From contig CM059431.1 in the NCBI GenBank assembly GCA_030390025.1, positions 158,846,001-158,910,000 of the forward strand: a DNA stretch of 64,000 nt, read 5' to 3'. Source of the DNA: Squalus acanthias (taxonomy: Eukaryota). The translations under genes were made by a program, and so were the position numbers. Below the pieces are notes generated by a model that worked only from the letters and a program-made list of their open reading frames with translations, searched no databases and had not been told where the DNA came from. This document shows positions 12,701-27,700 of the stretch, piece by piece (the stretch's first letter is position 1; each line of letters begins with the position of its first letter).

Positions 12701-15700
12701 AGATCGGAAATGCCGGTTTTAGCGCATGCGCTTCGCATGCCTGAAACCGGCATTACCGATGTCCCTGCGGGTGTGTACACAGCGCGTACTCACACGTAGG
12801 CATCGGAAAATACAAGCCATTGTGTCTCGGCATGTTCCTTGCAATCCTGAAATTTGAATTAATTGCTCCTTGGATAGGATGCCATTTATATCCGATTACA
12901 GAAACAACAGTAACCCGAATCCCTGCAGAAATACGGCCAAGGTAAATAGCTTAACTGCAAGACGTTTTCCAGTGAATTGTCAGTTGATTAGAGAGTCTCT
13001 TTCTGCAGATGGTTTTTGCATGTCACTTATGCGGCACAAATGTTACTTGCTAATTATCCACCAAAACTGGCATGTGGACCAGATCTTGTTGCATACGGGC
13101 ATGGACTGTTTAGTTCCCTTACGAATTCGGAATGGAATTGAACACTGCAATCATCAGTGTACAGCCCAAATTCTGACCATATGACAGAAAAACATGAATT
13201 GATGATGCAGCTGACGATATTTTGGTCGAGGATTCTTCCACGATGAACTCATGGTTATAACATGAGATGCTGCTCTCTTGTTATTTAACGCATTAAAAAC
13301 CTCAAGTTCTGTTTCCTTTGAGACGATATTAGCTGTAATCTAAGAGCACGTAAAAGGGTGGGCCGTGAGAAGGCTGTTATCATTCACCCCATGGCTTTCA
13401 AGTCCTCGCACCACCACACCTACGATGCGAACATAAAGTCGACAGAGAATGCAACCTTTAAACCATCAAAGCCATGCCGTTCCAGACAGACTTGAACAAT
13501 CTCCCACCAACTCGTCTCAAATTTAGGAGGCCATTTAGACAATACAAACATATATGTAGCATACCTTATGAATTGTTTCAGTAAACACGTTTGCATCTAA
13601 GAGCGATTGACTAACAGCTTCCACGAATTCTTCAATTGACGATTCTAGTCTCTGACGGTAGCAGCCGATAATTCTTCCAAGATGGATATCGGTGTAGATC
13701 GCCAACATTAGTAACATTTTAGTCTCTGAATTTTCTGTAAAAGTGTAAATGAGAACAGGTTACAATACTATGTTTGCTTTGAAGCAATGAATAATTTGAA
13801 CTAACTTTTAGAGCAGCAGCTTTTCTTTAGAGCCTTTCAAACAGTGAGACGGCCAATGGCGCCTCACAGAGCAGGAATTTAGAGTTAAAGCTGCCTCTTT
13901 TTCGTAGAGTTAAGAGAAACGACCTAGATCTTGCAACATGTGGAGGTTGTTTAAAGTAAGTAGGAAGTAAAGAGTGGAAGCCCAAGGCAACTGATTACAG
14001 ACAGTGGTGCTCACGACTTTGTTGGAGTCCGGAGAAGAGGAACCAATAATCTGGGGACCACAGCAAAGGGAGAGGATGGACCAGAAATAAAAGAGGGTTT
14101 CTGAAGAAGACTGTAAATTTAAGACGCTCGAGACCGTAAAGGGAACTGTAGATGAGTAGGAGTCTTTCACAAATTGTCTGGGACACGAAGTGAATGTAGG
14201 TCACCGACGAATGGGATTATGTATAAGTGGAAATGAGGGTGAATTGATGAATTGAAGCAGTCGAGCTCTGGAGATTCTATCTGGCAGTGCCCAAAAGTCG
14301 TTTAAGGAATCGAGTCTAAACCTCACAAAAGCGTATCTAAATCACGAGAAAATATTCATATGTTATCATATATCCAGAAAATTTAAATATGATGGTTGCG
14401 GACGGTGATCTGAGAATCCATTCGAAATGTATTGCTTGGAATCACCAGATGCTGCTGAGCAATTAGAAATAGTCGTGACTGTCGCTTGTTAGCCTAAAGA
14501 GCTAATAAATAATGCACAGATAGTTAAAGAAAGTAACAGTAAATGCAAGCTCATTCCTTCTTTCTTGGGAAAACTAAACTGCGATACGGACCGGAGAAAT
14601 TGAAATACTGTGAATCTAAATGTACTCAAAATAAATTTGATAGATATCAATACAACAATTACAAGAACACACCATTGGGATAATGTTATTGATATCAAAT
14701 TGAAATAATAATTAAATCTCAAATACCACATCTGAAACATGACAATAGCTGGTAGGAATCATAATTGAATGTACCTGATTCTAAAATGCCTATCGATGGA
14801 AGTAGAAAGACCTGAGAGATACTAAATAAAGAACGGCCCGGTATTAGCGGTCAGCGCGAAGCAAAGGCATTTGCTGCGGCCACAAAGTAAGCTTGACACA
14901 AAGATCTCGCAATCAGGTTTTCCGAAGTGTAATTCAAATCAACGGAGCATCATTGGGAATCCCGAGTGCAAGCTGCTGTGAAGTCAACAGGCTGTCTAAG
15001 CATCCAACCAAAACGCAGAATTCTCACAGACAGCGAACAAGGAAGTGAATAAGCTGTTAAACTTCTAACATTTAAAAAAATGATTCAGCGAACGAAACAA
15101 ATATTGGGGCTCTAACATGGGGAAAATGCAAAGCAGAAATAAGGAGGAAAAGTCTTTTAAAATAATTACATTTTCAGAATAATGTTAATTTTTATTAAAT
15201 GAATAAAGTTGTCTCAGCACAAAATTTAAATTAGATTCTCTGGCCATCAAATGTGTTTAGAATTCAATACGCTGTTGCAATCCAGTTACACCCTCCCTTT
15301 CAGTCAAACTATTAGTGGGGAATTCAAGAGCGCAATTACGGTGAAAGAGCCGAAGATTACATCAGTTTCCCTGATTTGAGAGATTTCCCTGATTACCGGG
15401 TCTGGGTGGGCACAGCGCAGCCTCTGCAATTTTATTGGAGTCAAAGGATGGGAACATGGGACCGAGCGAACAAATGCCAGCAGATGCAATACCGACCGTT
15501 TTTCGGCGAGGACAGAACACAGGCCGTGTCGCATCCATCGCCTATTATATGTTGCGCGCGAATAAACTTGACTTGAGCTGAATATCGGGCGTGTGCGTAA
15601 CTGTCGGCAAATGTTACCGGCCATTGTGTGTCCCCGACAATTAGAATTTCATCCTCCTGGACATTAACTTAAAATAAGTTCCAAGACATAAATAATGAAC

Positions 15701-18700
15701 TCTCTTACTCTGAAAGTAAACGAGATCTTTTGCAATTAGATTTTGAAACCGCATACCTTCTAGATCATGTTTTGTCCCTGTATCTCTGTTCTGTATCTCT
15801 GACAATGTCGCTTTCAGGTTGGGTTTTGTATTCTGCAGTTGAAGAAATATGTTCCACATTGTTCTTTCTCCCCGAGCTCCCTTTTCCAGCACGGTATCGA
15901 AAATGCGTTGGGAAGCATCGTTTCTGCGCGAACTTTCAGCAAGTGTACTGATTTCCTGAAAACATATTGCCATCATATTGAACAAAGTATTTTACAAAAT
16001 CAGCTAAGAAACGTCGGTTTTGTTTCACCCTCTCTTTACGGGAGGAATGAATAGAAAAGCTCACAATCAGGTGACCAAAATCTATGTCAACGAGATAAGT
16101 TATAAGGAGCGTCACTAAAGATCAGGGAATGGCAGATTGCCTGAGAGGATTAGAAAGTTAATTCCAGAGTTTAGAACCGTAGCAGCACACCGCACTGCTA
16201 CCAATGGAGGCGTGAAGAGAATCGGGGTTGCGCAATGGTTCAGAATTTGATGAGCACCGAGATCACGGAGGATTGTAGGGCTGGAGGATGTTGCAGAGAT
16301 AGAGAGGACCAGCGTTGAGTCACCGATGTAAGCTGAATTTTCTCAACTGATATGGAAAAATGTTAAGTGCCAAATAAAAGGGTAAAAGTCAGATTTCAGG
16401 AATATGGTTCGTGCAAAATGAAGCACTATTTGTTGTTAGTAACAGCAATGTTCTGGAAAGCTCACAAAGTGCTTTCAGAAACTCAAACTGCACAGATTGC
16501 AAAACAATGCGGTTGAAATTGGAATCGGCCAGTCGCATAACAGGTGCTGATAGCGAATGGTCGGCTCGTGTTACACGCGTCCGTATTTCTTTACCATTGA
16601 TTGCAATAAGACTTCCGTTCATTTCAAGTAACATTCATCGAAACAGCAGCTCAAGCTTATCAGTCAGTCCTTCATCTTCTATATGAACCATTTGCTTTGA
16701 ATACCTGAATAGTCCTGTCTTATGAGTAACTATATTATTTGAAGTGACTATGAAATGTGATCATTGACCCGAAAATTGTCTCATGCCAATCACCAAATTC
16801 TTAAACTGTCAACGTTTTACCTTCTGCTCGTTAACCTCTATGTTTCTTTGATTTGATTTATATAATCAACCCCCTACATTCAAGTTGTAAATCTACTTTC
16901 CATTTCCTTTTCTATGCACATCCAAATAATTCTTGTATGTGCTCCACTCCTTTTATTATCGTGTAATTCCTTTATATCGTATCGCAATCATTTCCGACTT
17001 GGTACCTTCGTATTGCTTCCCGACGGAATTATCTGATCCATTCCGTCCCAATATATCTGGGCTAGTGTGTTCTTGATTTGTGGAAATTGGTTATCCTGTA
17101 CATATATATTGCGTTGATTTACTGTTCTTCTGAATTCTAATGATATCATTGCTTCTTCGATATCCGTTATCCGTTTGCAGAAATGGATCCAATACTCATT
17201 CCTTCCCTGTTGTTCTGGAAACGTACCCATCTATCTCACGTCCTGGATACGTGGCAGATAGCACACTCCCTCTTCCACCCGTACATCACTTCGATACTTT
17301 AGATATTTAAAGTCATCCATATCTCTGATACCATCGCTAAAATGTCTCCATTTTTTCAATATATCGCTTCCTCAATACGTGACCCACCACTTGTGCATGA
17401 TAATGAGCTCCTCATAGTTAATGGCCAGTTTTTTCGATCGCAGGAATCCCGGGTGCGCAGGTCTGCAATCTGGAAAAATCTACGCCCTTACCTTCGGGAT
17501 CCAGGTACGCACAGGATTCCGATCCTGGGCCTCTCCAATCTCCACTTGCGCACGGCCGTATTATCCCAGAGGCACAGGCAGATTACAGGGTTCATGGGAT
17601 CATGTGGGCTATGGGGATCCAATCAAAGTAGGGAAACTGCATTCATACACTTGACAGGAACACCTGTCAAATATATGAATGGAGATCACCCCAAAAACAT
17701 ATTGGCCCGGAAAATCCTTTCGCAGGCCGCCCCCGGGCGGAGGACTGCGATCTGGAAAAATCTGTGCCTGCACCGGAGGGCTCCCGGGAGGCGCAGAGTT
17801 CCGTTGCTTGGTCTCTCCAAACTTCCGGTGCGCAGGGCCCACGTATCCCAGAGGCGCAGGCGGTTCGCAGCGTCCCTGGGATCACGTAGGGAGCCAATCA
17901 GAGAAGGGAATCTCCCTTCATACACTTGACAGTAAGACCTGTCCAATATATGAATGGAATTCACCCGAACACATAGTAAAAGCTAGCCTTAGCTCTGCTT
18001 ATAGCAGGCATACAATTTCTAATGGTTTTCTGCAGGCGGGGGTTCTCCAGAAAGCGGAACGATCCGTCCGCAGAGGACCTTCTCCAGGCTTGGCGTCCAA
18101 TCTGTCAAGAGCATTCTTGACAGATCGGAAATTACGGATTTCAGCGCATGCGCTTGGCATGCCTGAAACCGGCATTTCCGATGTCCCTACGGTTGTGTAC
18201 ACAGCGCGTACACACCCGTAAGGATCGGAAAATACCGGCCCATTAACGCCAAGCTCCCAGACGTGCGCTTACATTAACCATGTCTTCATATCATAACTTC
18301 CTAGAGCATCATCAGACAAACTCTACCTTCAACCAATCAGCTTTATTCACCATCCTTTATTAATATATTTGTTATATAACTTCAGTAAATAATCGAAAAG
18401 AGATCAGATAGACATCAAGGATGTACTCGGAATTTTATTTTAAATAAGACATGATGGCTGTCATGACAGGAGATGCCGGTAATGGTGATGTCCCTGAGCA
18501 TTGGGCAGAAGAATGAACGTGAAGGCTTAAAGTTGCGTAACCCATGGACTGGATGAATTTTGCGAGTGCTTGGTGAGACGTAGAATAATGCAGATATTTT
18601 GAGGTTGTTAATTATAAGTAATAACTGTGGCAGGGAAGTTGGTAGATAGGCAGGTAGAATCAGCCATGCAGTGAAGTTGGAAGGAGAAAAGAAATGGAAG

Positions 18701-21700
18701 CAACGACTTGAATATGTTCAGTAGAAAGTTCTAGAAATTGGTGCCACCGGCAGTGACTCACACGAATCGTCTCGTTTAATTAAAATGCTCGTCTGCTTTG
18801 CTAAAGAACGGACAGAATTTCTCGGCCGTGACCGACAGCTTATTTTAAATATGTCAGTTAATTTATTTTCCTGAGATTAGATATATGTGGCTATTAGATG
18901 TTCTATCTAGCTCCAGGATATCCATTGGGTCTTTGCTGCGGACGCGTGATGGTTCTGCTGCTAGTGGTATCTTATTCAAATATTCATTACAATATTTGGC
19001 CCGTAATTTCCTTTAGGAGGCTGCCTGCGTGCGGTTGACTCCTGTCGGGAATAAATCTACGCCCTCACCTGAGTGCTCCCGAGGAGGAGCCATTTCCGAT
19101 CCTGGGCCTTACCACAGCAGAAATGCGCAGGGCCCACCTGATCCCAGGGACGCTTGCGAAGCTCGTGAGCCCCTGAGACAGGTGGACAGGCGAGAGAATA
19201 GAAGGGAATCTCCCTTCATACCTTTGACAGATAGAGCTGTCAAAGGTATGAATGGAGATCACCCCAAAAACAAATCAAAACAATAAATACATTTTTCAAA
19301 AGCATCGCGTTTTTAAAATGAGTAACATTTAAATAAATGTTAAATATTTTAAACAAAAATTTAATGTTTTGAAAAAATTGATTATAGATTTTTACGGAGC
19401 TAAAATTAAACTTACCTTATTTAGAAGTACTTAAAAATTATAAATGAGCGAAAACATATGTATTTTTTTACTTTTTTAACCTCTTGTGCTCTGAAAAGCA
19501 GGCCTTACGCCTGCTTTTACCAGGAGTACGATTTTTAAGTGTTTTCAAGACCGGATGTCCTGCAGCAAGCGGAAATCTCCACCCGCAGAGGCAATTCTCT
19601 GGGGCAAGCGTCCGATCTGTCAAGATGATTCTTGACAGATCGGAAATGCCGGTATTAGAGCATGCGCTTCGCATGCCTGAAACCGGTATTACCGATGTCC
19701 CTACCGGTGTGCACACAGCGCGTACTCACACGTAGGCAACGGAAAATACGAGCCATTGTGTCTTGGCGTGTTCCTTGCAATCCTGAAATTTGAATTAATT
19801 GCTCCTTGGATAGGATGCCATTTATGACCGATTACAGAAACAACAGTAACCCGAATCCCTGCAGAAATACGGCCAAGGTAAATAGCTTAACTGCAAGACG
19901 TTTTCCACTGAATTATCAGTTGATTAGATAGTCTCTTTCTGCAGATGGTTTTTGCATGTCACTTATGCGGCACAAATGTTACTTGCTAATTATCCACCAA
20001 AACTGGCATGTTGACCAGATCTTGTTGCATACGGTCATGGACTGTTTAGTTACCTGAGGAATTGGGAATGGAATTCAACACTGCAATCATCAGTGTACAG
20101 CCCAAATTCCGACCGTATGACAGAAAAACATGAATTGATGATGCAGCTGACAATATTTGGGTCGAGGATTCTTCCACGTTGAACTCATGGTTATAACATG
20201 AGATGCTGTTCTCTTCTTATTTAACGCATTAAAAACCTCAAGTTCTGTTTCCTTTGAGACGATATTAGCTGTAATCTAAGAGCACGTAAAAGGGTGGGCC
20301 GTGAGAAGGCTGTTATCATTCACCCCATGGCTTTCAAGTCCTTGCACCACCACACCTGCGCCGCGAACATAATGTCGCCAGAGAATACAACCTTTAAACC
20401 AGCAAAGCCATGCCGTTCCAGACCGACTTGAACAATCTCCCACCAACCCGTCTCAAATTTATGAGGCCTATTTAGACAATTCCAACATATATGTAGCATA
20501 CCTTATGAATTGTTTCAGTAAACACGTTTGCATCTAAGAGCGATTGACTAACAGCTTCCACGAATTCTTCAATTGACGATTCTAGTCTCTGACGGTAGCA
20601 GCCGATAATTATTCCAAGCTGGATATCCGTGTAGCTCGCCAACATTAGTAACATTTTAGTATCTGAATTTTCTGTAAAAGTGTAAATGAGAACAGTTTAC
20701 AATACTATGTTTGCTTTGAAACAATGAATAATTTGAACTAACTTTTAGAGCAGCAGCTTATCTTTAGAGCCTTTCAAACAGTGAGACGGCAAATGGCGCC
20801 TCACACAGCAGGAATTTAGAGTTAAACTGCCTCCTTTTCGTAGAGTTAAGAGAAACGACCTAGTACTTGCAACATGTGGAGGTTGTTTAAAGTAAGTAGG
20901 AAGTAAAGAGTGGAAGCCCAAGGCAACGGATTCCAACCAGTGGTGCTGACGACATTGTTGGAGTCCGGAGCAGAGGAACCAATAATCTGGGGACCACAGC
21001 AAAGGGAGAGGATGGACCAGAAATAAAAGAGGGTTTCTGAAGAAGACTGTAAAATTAAGACGCTCGAGACCGTAAAGGGAATTGTAGATGAGTAGGAGTC
21101 TTTCACAAATTGTCTGGGATAGCAAGTGAATGTTGGTCACCGACGAATGGGATTATGGATAAGTGGAAATGAGGGTGAACTGATGAATTGAAGCAGTCGA
21201 GCTCTGGAGATTCTATCTGGAAGTGCCCTTAAGTCGTTTAAGGAAACGTCACAAAAGCGTATCTAAATCACGAGCAAATATTCATATGTTATCATATATC
21301 CAGAAAATTAAAATATGATGGTTGCGGACGGTGATCTGAGAATCCATTCGAAATTTATTGCTTGGAATCACCAGATGCTGCTGAGCAATTAGAAATAGTC
21401 GTGACTGTCGCTTGTTCGCCTAAAGAGCTAATAAATAATGCACAGATAGTTAAAGAAAGTAACAGTAAATGCAAGCTCATTCCTTCTTTCTTGGGAAAAC
21501 TAAACTGCGATACGGACCGGAGAAATTGAAATACTGTGAATCTAAATGTACTCAAAATAAATTTGATAGATATCAATACAACAATTACAAGAACACAACA
21601 TTGGGAAAAAGTTATTGATATCAAATTGAAAAAATAACTAAATCTCAAATACCACGTCTGAAACAAGGCAATAGCTGGTAGGAATCATAATTGAATGTAA

Positions 21701-24700
21701 GTGATTCTAAAATGTCTATCGATGGAAGTAGAAAGACCTGAGAGATACTAAATAAAGAACGGCCCGGAATCAGCGGTGAGCGCGAAGCAAAGGCATTTGC
21801 TGCGGCCACAAAGTAAGCTTGACACAAAGATCTCGCAATCAGGTTTTCCGAAGTGTAATTCAAATCAACGGAGCATCATTGGGAATCCCGAGTGCAAGCT
21901 GCTGTGAAGTCAACAGGCTGTCTAAGCATCCAACCAAAACGCAGAATTCTCACAGACAGCGAACAAGGAAGTGAATAAGCTGTTAAACTTCTAACATTTA
22001 AAAAAAATGATTCAGCGAACGAAACAAATATTGGGGCTCTAACATGGGGAAAATGCAAAGCAGAAATAAGGAGGAAAAATCTTTTAAAATAATTACATAT
22101 TCAGAATAATGTTAATTTTTATTTAAATGAATAAAGTTGTCTCTGCACAAAATAAAAAAATAGATTTTCTGGCCATCACATTTGTTTAGAATTCAATACG
22201 CTGTTGCAATCCAGTTACACCCTTCCCTTTCAGTCAAACTTTTAGTGGGGAATTCAAGAGCGCAATTACTGTGAAAGAGCCGAAGATTACATCAGTTTCC
22301 CTGATTTGAGAGATTTCCGTGATTACCGGCTCTGGGTGGGCACCGCGCAGCCTCTGCAATTTTATTGGAGTCAAAGGATGGGAACATAGGACCGAAGGAA
22401 CAACGAGCAGCAGATGCAATACCGGCCGTTTTTCGGCGAGGACAAAACACAGGCCGTATCGCATCCATCGCCTATTATATGTTGCGCGCGAATAAACTTG
22501 AATTCAGCTGAATATCGGGCGTGTGTGTAACTGTCGGCAAATGTCATCCGGCCATTGTGTGTCCCCGACAATTAGAATTTCATTAAAATAAGTTCCAAGA
22601 CATAAATAATGAACTCTCTTAATCTGAAAGTAAATGAGATCTTTTGCAATTAGATTTTGACATCGCCTACATTCTAGATCATGTTTTGTCCCTGTACCTG
22701 TCTTCTGTATCTCTGACAATGTCGCTTTCAGTTTCGGTTTTGTATTCTGCAGTTGAAGAAATATGTTCCACATTGTTCTTTCTCCCCGAGCTCCCTTTTC
22801 CAGCGCGGTATCGAAAATGCGTTGGGACGCATCGTTTCTGCGCTGACTTTCAGCAAGTGTACTGATTTCCTAAAAAAATATTGCAATCATATTGAACAAA
22901 GTATTTTACAAAATCAGCTAAGAAACGTCGGTTTTCTTTCTCCCTCTCTTTATGGGAGGAATGAATAGAAAAGCTCACAATCAGGTGACCAAAATCTATG
23001 TCAACGAGATAAGTTATAAGGAGCGTCTCGAAAGAGCAGAGAATTGCAGACGGCCGGAGAGCATTTGAGAGTTAATTCCAGAGTTTACGACCGAGGCAGC
23101 ACAACGCACGGCTACCAATGGTGGCGTGAAGAGAATCGGAGTTGTGCAATGGTTCAGAATTTGATGAGCACAGAGATCACGGAGGATTGTAGGGCTGGAG
23201 GATGTTGCAGAGATAGAGAGGACTAGCGTTGAGTCACCGAGGGAATCTGAATTTTCTCAACTGATATGAAAAAATGTTAAGTGCCAAATAAAAGGGGAAA
23301 AGTCAGATTTCAGGAATATGCTTCGTGCAAAATGAAGCATTATTTGTTGTTAGTAACAGCAATGTTCTGGAAAGCTCACAACGTGCTTTTAGAAACTCAA
23401 AACTGCTCAGATTGTAAAACAATGCGGGTGAAATTGGAATCGGTCAGTCACATGACAGGTGCTGATAGCGAATGGTCGGCTCGTGTTACACGCGTCCGTA
23501 TTTCTTTACCACTAATTGCAATTAGACTTCCGTTCATTTCAAGTATCACTCATCGAATCAGCAGCACAAGCTTATCAGTCAATCCTTCATCTTCTATATG
23601 AAACATTTGCTTTGAATACCTGAATAGTCCTGTCTTATGAGTAACTATTTTATTTGAAGTGTTTATGAAATGTGATCATTGTCCCGAATTCTGTCACCTG
23701 CCAATCACCAAATTCTTAAACTGTCAACGTTTTACCTTCTGCTCGTTAACCTCGATGTTTCTTTGATTTGATTTATATAATCAACCCCCTACGTTCAATT
23801 TTTAAATCTACATTTCATTTCCTTTTCTATGCACATCAAGTAATTCTTGTATGTGCTCCACCCGTTTTATTATCGTGTAATTCCTATATATCGTATCGCA
23901 AACATTTCCTACTTGGTACCTTCGTATTGCTTCCCGACGGAATTAACTGATCCATTCCCTCCCAATTTATCTGGGCTAGTGTGTTCTTGATTCGTTGAAA
24001 TTGGTTATCCTGTACATATATTTTACTTTGATTTACTGTTCTTCTGAATTCTAATGATATCTTTGCTTCTTAGATATCCGTTATCCGTTTGCAGAAATGG
24101 ATCCAGTACTCATTCCTTCCCTGTTGTTCTGGAAACATACCCATCTATCTCACGTCCTGGATACGTGGCAGATAGCACACTCCCTCTTCCACCCGTACAT
24201 CACTTCTATACTTTAGATATTTAAAGTCATCCTTTTCTCTGATACCCTCGCTAAAATGTCTCCATTTTTTCAATATATCGCTTCCTCAATCCGTGACCCA
24301 CCACTTGTGCATGATAATGAACCCCTCATAGTTAATGCCCAGTTTTTTCGATCGCAGGAATCCTGGGTGCGCAGGTCTGCAATCTGGAAAAATCTACGCC
24401 CTTACCTTCGGGATCCCGGGACGCACACGATTCCGATCCTGCGCCTCTCCAATCTCCACTTGCGCAGGGCCCTATTATCACAGAGGATCAGGCAGATTAC
24501 AGGGTGCCTTGGATCATGTGGGCCATGGGGAGCCAATCAAAGTAGGAAAACTGCATTCATATACTTGACAGGAAGACCTGTCAAATATATGAATGGAGAT
24601 CACCCCAAAAACATAGTGGCCCAGAAATTCCTTTCGCAGGCCGCCCGCGGGCGGAGGACTGCGGTCTGGAAAAAATCTGCGCCTGGACCGGAGGGCTCCC

Positions 24701-27700
24701 GGGAGGCGCAGGGTTCCGTTGTTTGATTATCTCTAAACTTCCGGTGCGCAGGGCCCACGTATCCCAGAGGCGCCGGCGGTTCGCAGCGTCCCTCGGATCA
24801 CGTAGGGAGCCAATCAGAGAATGGAATCTCCCTTCATACATTTGACAGGAAGACCTGTCAAATATATGATTGAAATTCACCCCCAAAACATAGTACAAGC
24901 AAGCCTTAGCCCTGCTTTTAGCAGGCATACAATTTCTAAGGGTTTTCTGCAGGCGGAGGATCTCCAGTAAGCGGAAATATCCGTTCGCAGAGGACCTTCT
25001 CCAGGCTAGGCGTCCAATCTGTCAAGAGCATTCTTGACAGATCGGAAATTACGGATTTCAGCGCATGCGCTTGGCGTGCCTGAAACCGGCATTTCCGATG
25101 TTCCTGCGGTTGTGTACACAGCGCGTACACACACGTAAGGAACGGAATATCCGGCCCATTAACGCCAAGCTCCCAGCCGTCCGCTAACATTAACACGTAG
25201 TTGTTAATGTCTTCATATCATAACTTGCTAGAGCATCATCAGACAATCGCTACCTTCAATTAATCAGCTTTATTCACCATACTTTATTAATATATGTGTT
25301 ACATAACTTCAGGAAATATTCGAAAAGAGATCAGATAGACATCATGAATGAGACTCGGAATTGTATTTTTAATAGGACATGATGGCTGTCATGACAGGAG
25401 ATGCCGGTAATGTTGACGTCCCTGAGGATTGGGCAGAAGAATGAACGTGAAGGATTAAAGTTGCGTAACCCCTGGACTGGATGAATTTTTCGAGTGCTTG
25501 GTGAGACGTAGAATAATGCAGATTTTTTGAGGTTGTTAATTATAAGTAATAACTGTGGCACGGAACTTGGTAGATAGGCAGGTAGAATCAGCCATGCAGT
25601 GAAGTTGGAAGGAGAAAAGAAAAGGAAGCAACGACTTGGATATGTTCAGTAGAAAGTTCTAGAAATTGGTGCCACCGGCAGTGACTCACACGAATCGTCT
25701 CGTTTAATTAAAATGCACGTCTGCTTTGCTAAAGAACGGACAGAATTTCTCGGCCGTGAGCGACAGCTTATTTTAAATGTGTCAGTTAATTTATTTTCCT
25801 GAGATTGGATATATGTGGCTATTAGTTGTTCTATCTAGCTCCAGGATATCCATTGGGACATTGCTGAGGACGCGTGATGCTTGTGCTGCTAGTGGTATCT
25901 TATTCAAATATTCATTACAATATTTGGTCCGTAATTTCAGTTAGGAGGATTCCTGCGTGCGGATGCCTCCTATCGGGAAGAAATCTACGCCCTAACCTGA
26001 GGGCTCCCGAGGAGGAGACATTTCCGATCCTGGGCCTGTCCACAGTAGAAATGCGCAGGGCCCACCTGATCCCAGGGACGCTTGCGAAGCTCGTGAGCCC
26101 CTGAGATAGGTGGACAGGCGGGGGAATAGAAGGGAATCTCACTTCATACCTTTGACAGATAGACCTGTCAAAGGTATGAATGGAGATCACCCCAAAAACA
26201 AATCAAAACAATAAATACATTTTTAAAAAGCATCGCCCTTTTAAAATTAGTAACATTTAGATTAATTTAAATAATTTAAACAAAAATGTAATGTTTTGAA
26301 AAAAAATTACAGAAATTTACGGAGCTAAAATTAAACTTACCTTATTTAGAAGTACCTTTTAATTATAAATGAGTGAAAACATATATATTTTTTTACTTTT
26401 TTAAACTCCTGTGCTGGGAAAAGCAGGCCTTACGCCTGCTTTTACCAGGAGAACGATTTTTAAGTGTTTTCAAGAGCGGATGTCGTGCAGCAAGCGGAAA
26501 TCTCCACCCGCAGAGGCCCTTCTCTGGGGCAAGCGTCCGATCTGTCAAGTGATTTTTGACAGATCGGAAATGCCAGTTTTCAGCGCATGCATTACCGATG
26601 ACCCTACGGGTGTGTACACAGCGCGTACTCACACGTAGGCATCGGAAAATACGAGCCATTTTGTCTTGGCGTGTTCCTTGCAATCCTGAAATTTGAATTA
26701 ATTGCTCCTTGGATAGCATTGCATTTATGTCCGATTACAGAAACAACAGTAACCCGAATCCCTGCAGAAATACGGCCAAGGTAAATAGCTTAACTGCAAG
26801 ACGTTTTCCAGTGAATTATCAGTTGATTAGAGAGTCTCTTTCTGCAGATGGTTTTTGCCTGTCACTTATGCGGCACAAATGTAACTTGCTAATTATCCAC
26901 CAAAACTGGCATTTTGACCAGATCTAGTAGCATACGGGCAGGGACTGTTTAGTTACCTGAGGAATTGGGAATGGAATTGAACACTGCAATCATCAGTGTA
27001 CAGCCCAAATTATGACCGTATGACAGAAAAAAATTAATTGATGATGCAGCTGACGATATTTGGGTCGAGGATTCTTCCACGATGAACTCATGGTTATAAC
27101 ATGAGATGCAGTTCTCTTCTTATTTAACGCATTAAAAACGACAAGTTCTGCTTCCTTTGAGACAATATTAGCTGTAATCTAATAGCACGTAAAAGGGTGG
27201 GCCATGAGATGGCTGTTATCATTCACCCCATGGCTATCAAGTCCTCGCACCACCACACCTACGCCGCGAACATAAAGTCGACAGAGAATACAACCTTTAA
27301 ACAAGCAATGCCATGCCGTTCCAGACCGACTTGAACAATCTCCCAAAAACCCGTCTCAAATTTATGAGGCCATTTAGACAATTCCAACATATATGTAGCA
27401 TACCTTATGAATTGTTTCAGTAAACACGTTTGCATCTAAGAGCGATTGACTAACAACTTCCACGAATTCTTCAATGGACGATTCTAGTCTCTGACGGTAG
27501 CAGCCGATAATTCTTCCAAGCTGGATATCCGTGTAGATCGCCAACATTAGTAACATTTTAGTATCTGAATTTTCTGTAAAAGTGTAAATGAGAACAGGTT
27601 ACAAAACTATGTTTGCTTTGAAGCAATGAATAATTTGAACTAACTTTTAGAGCAGCAGCTTTTCTTTAGAGCCTTTCAAACATTGAGACGGCCAATGGCG

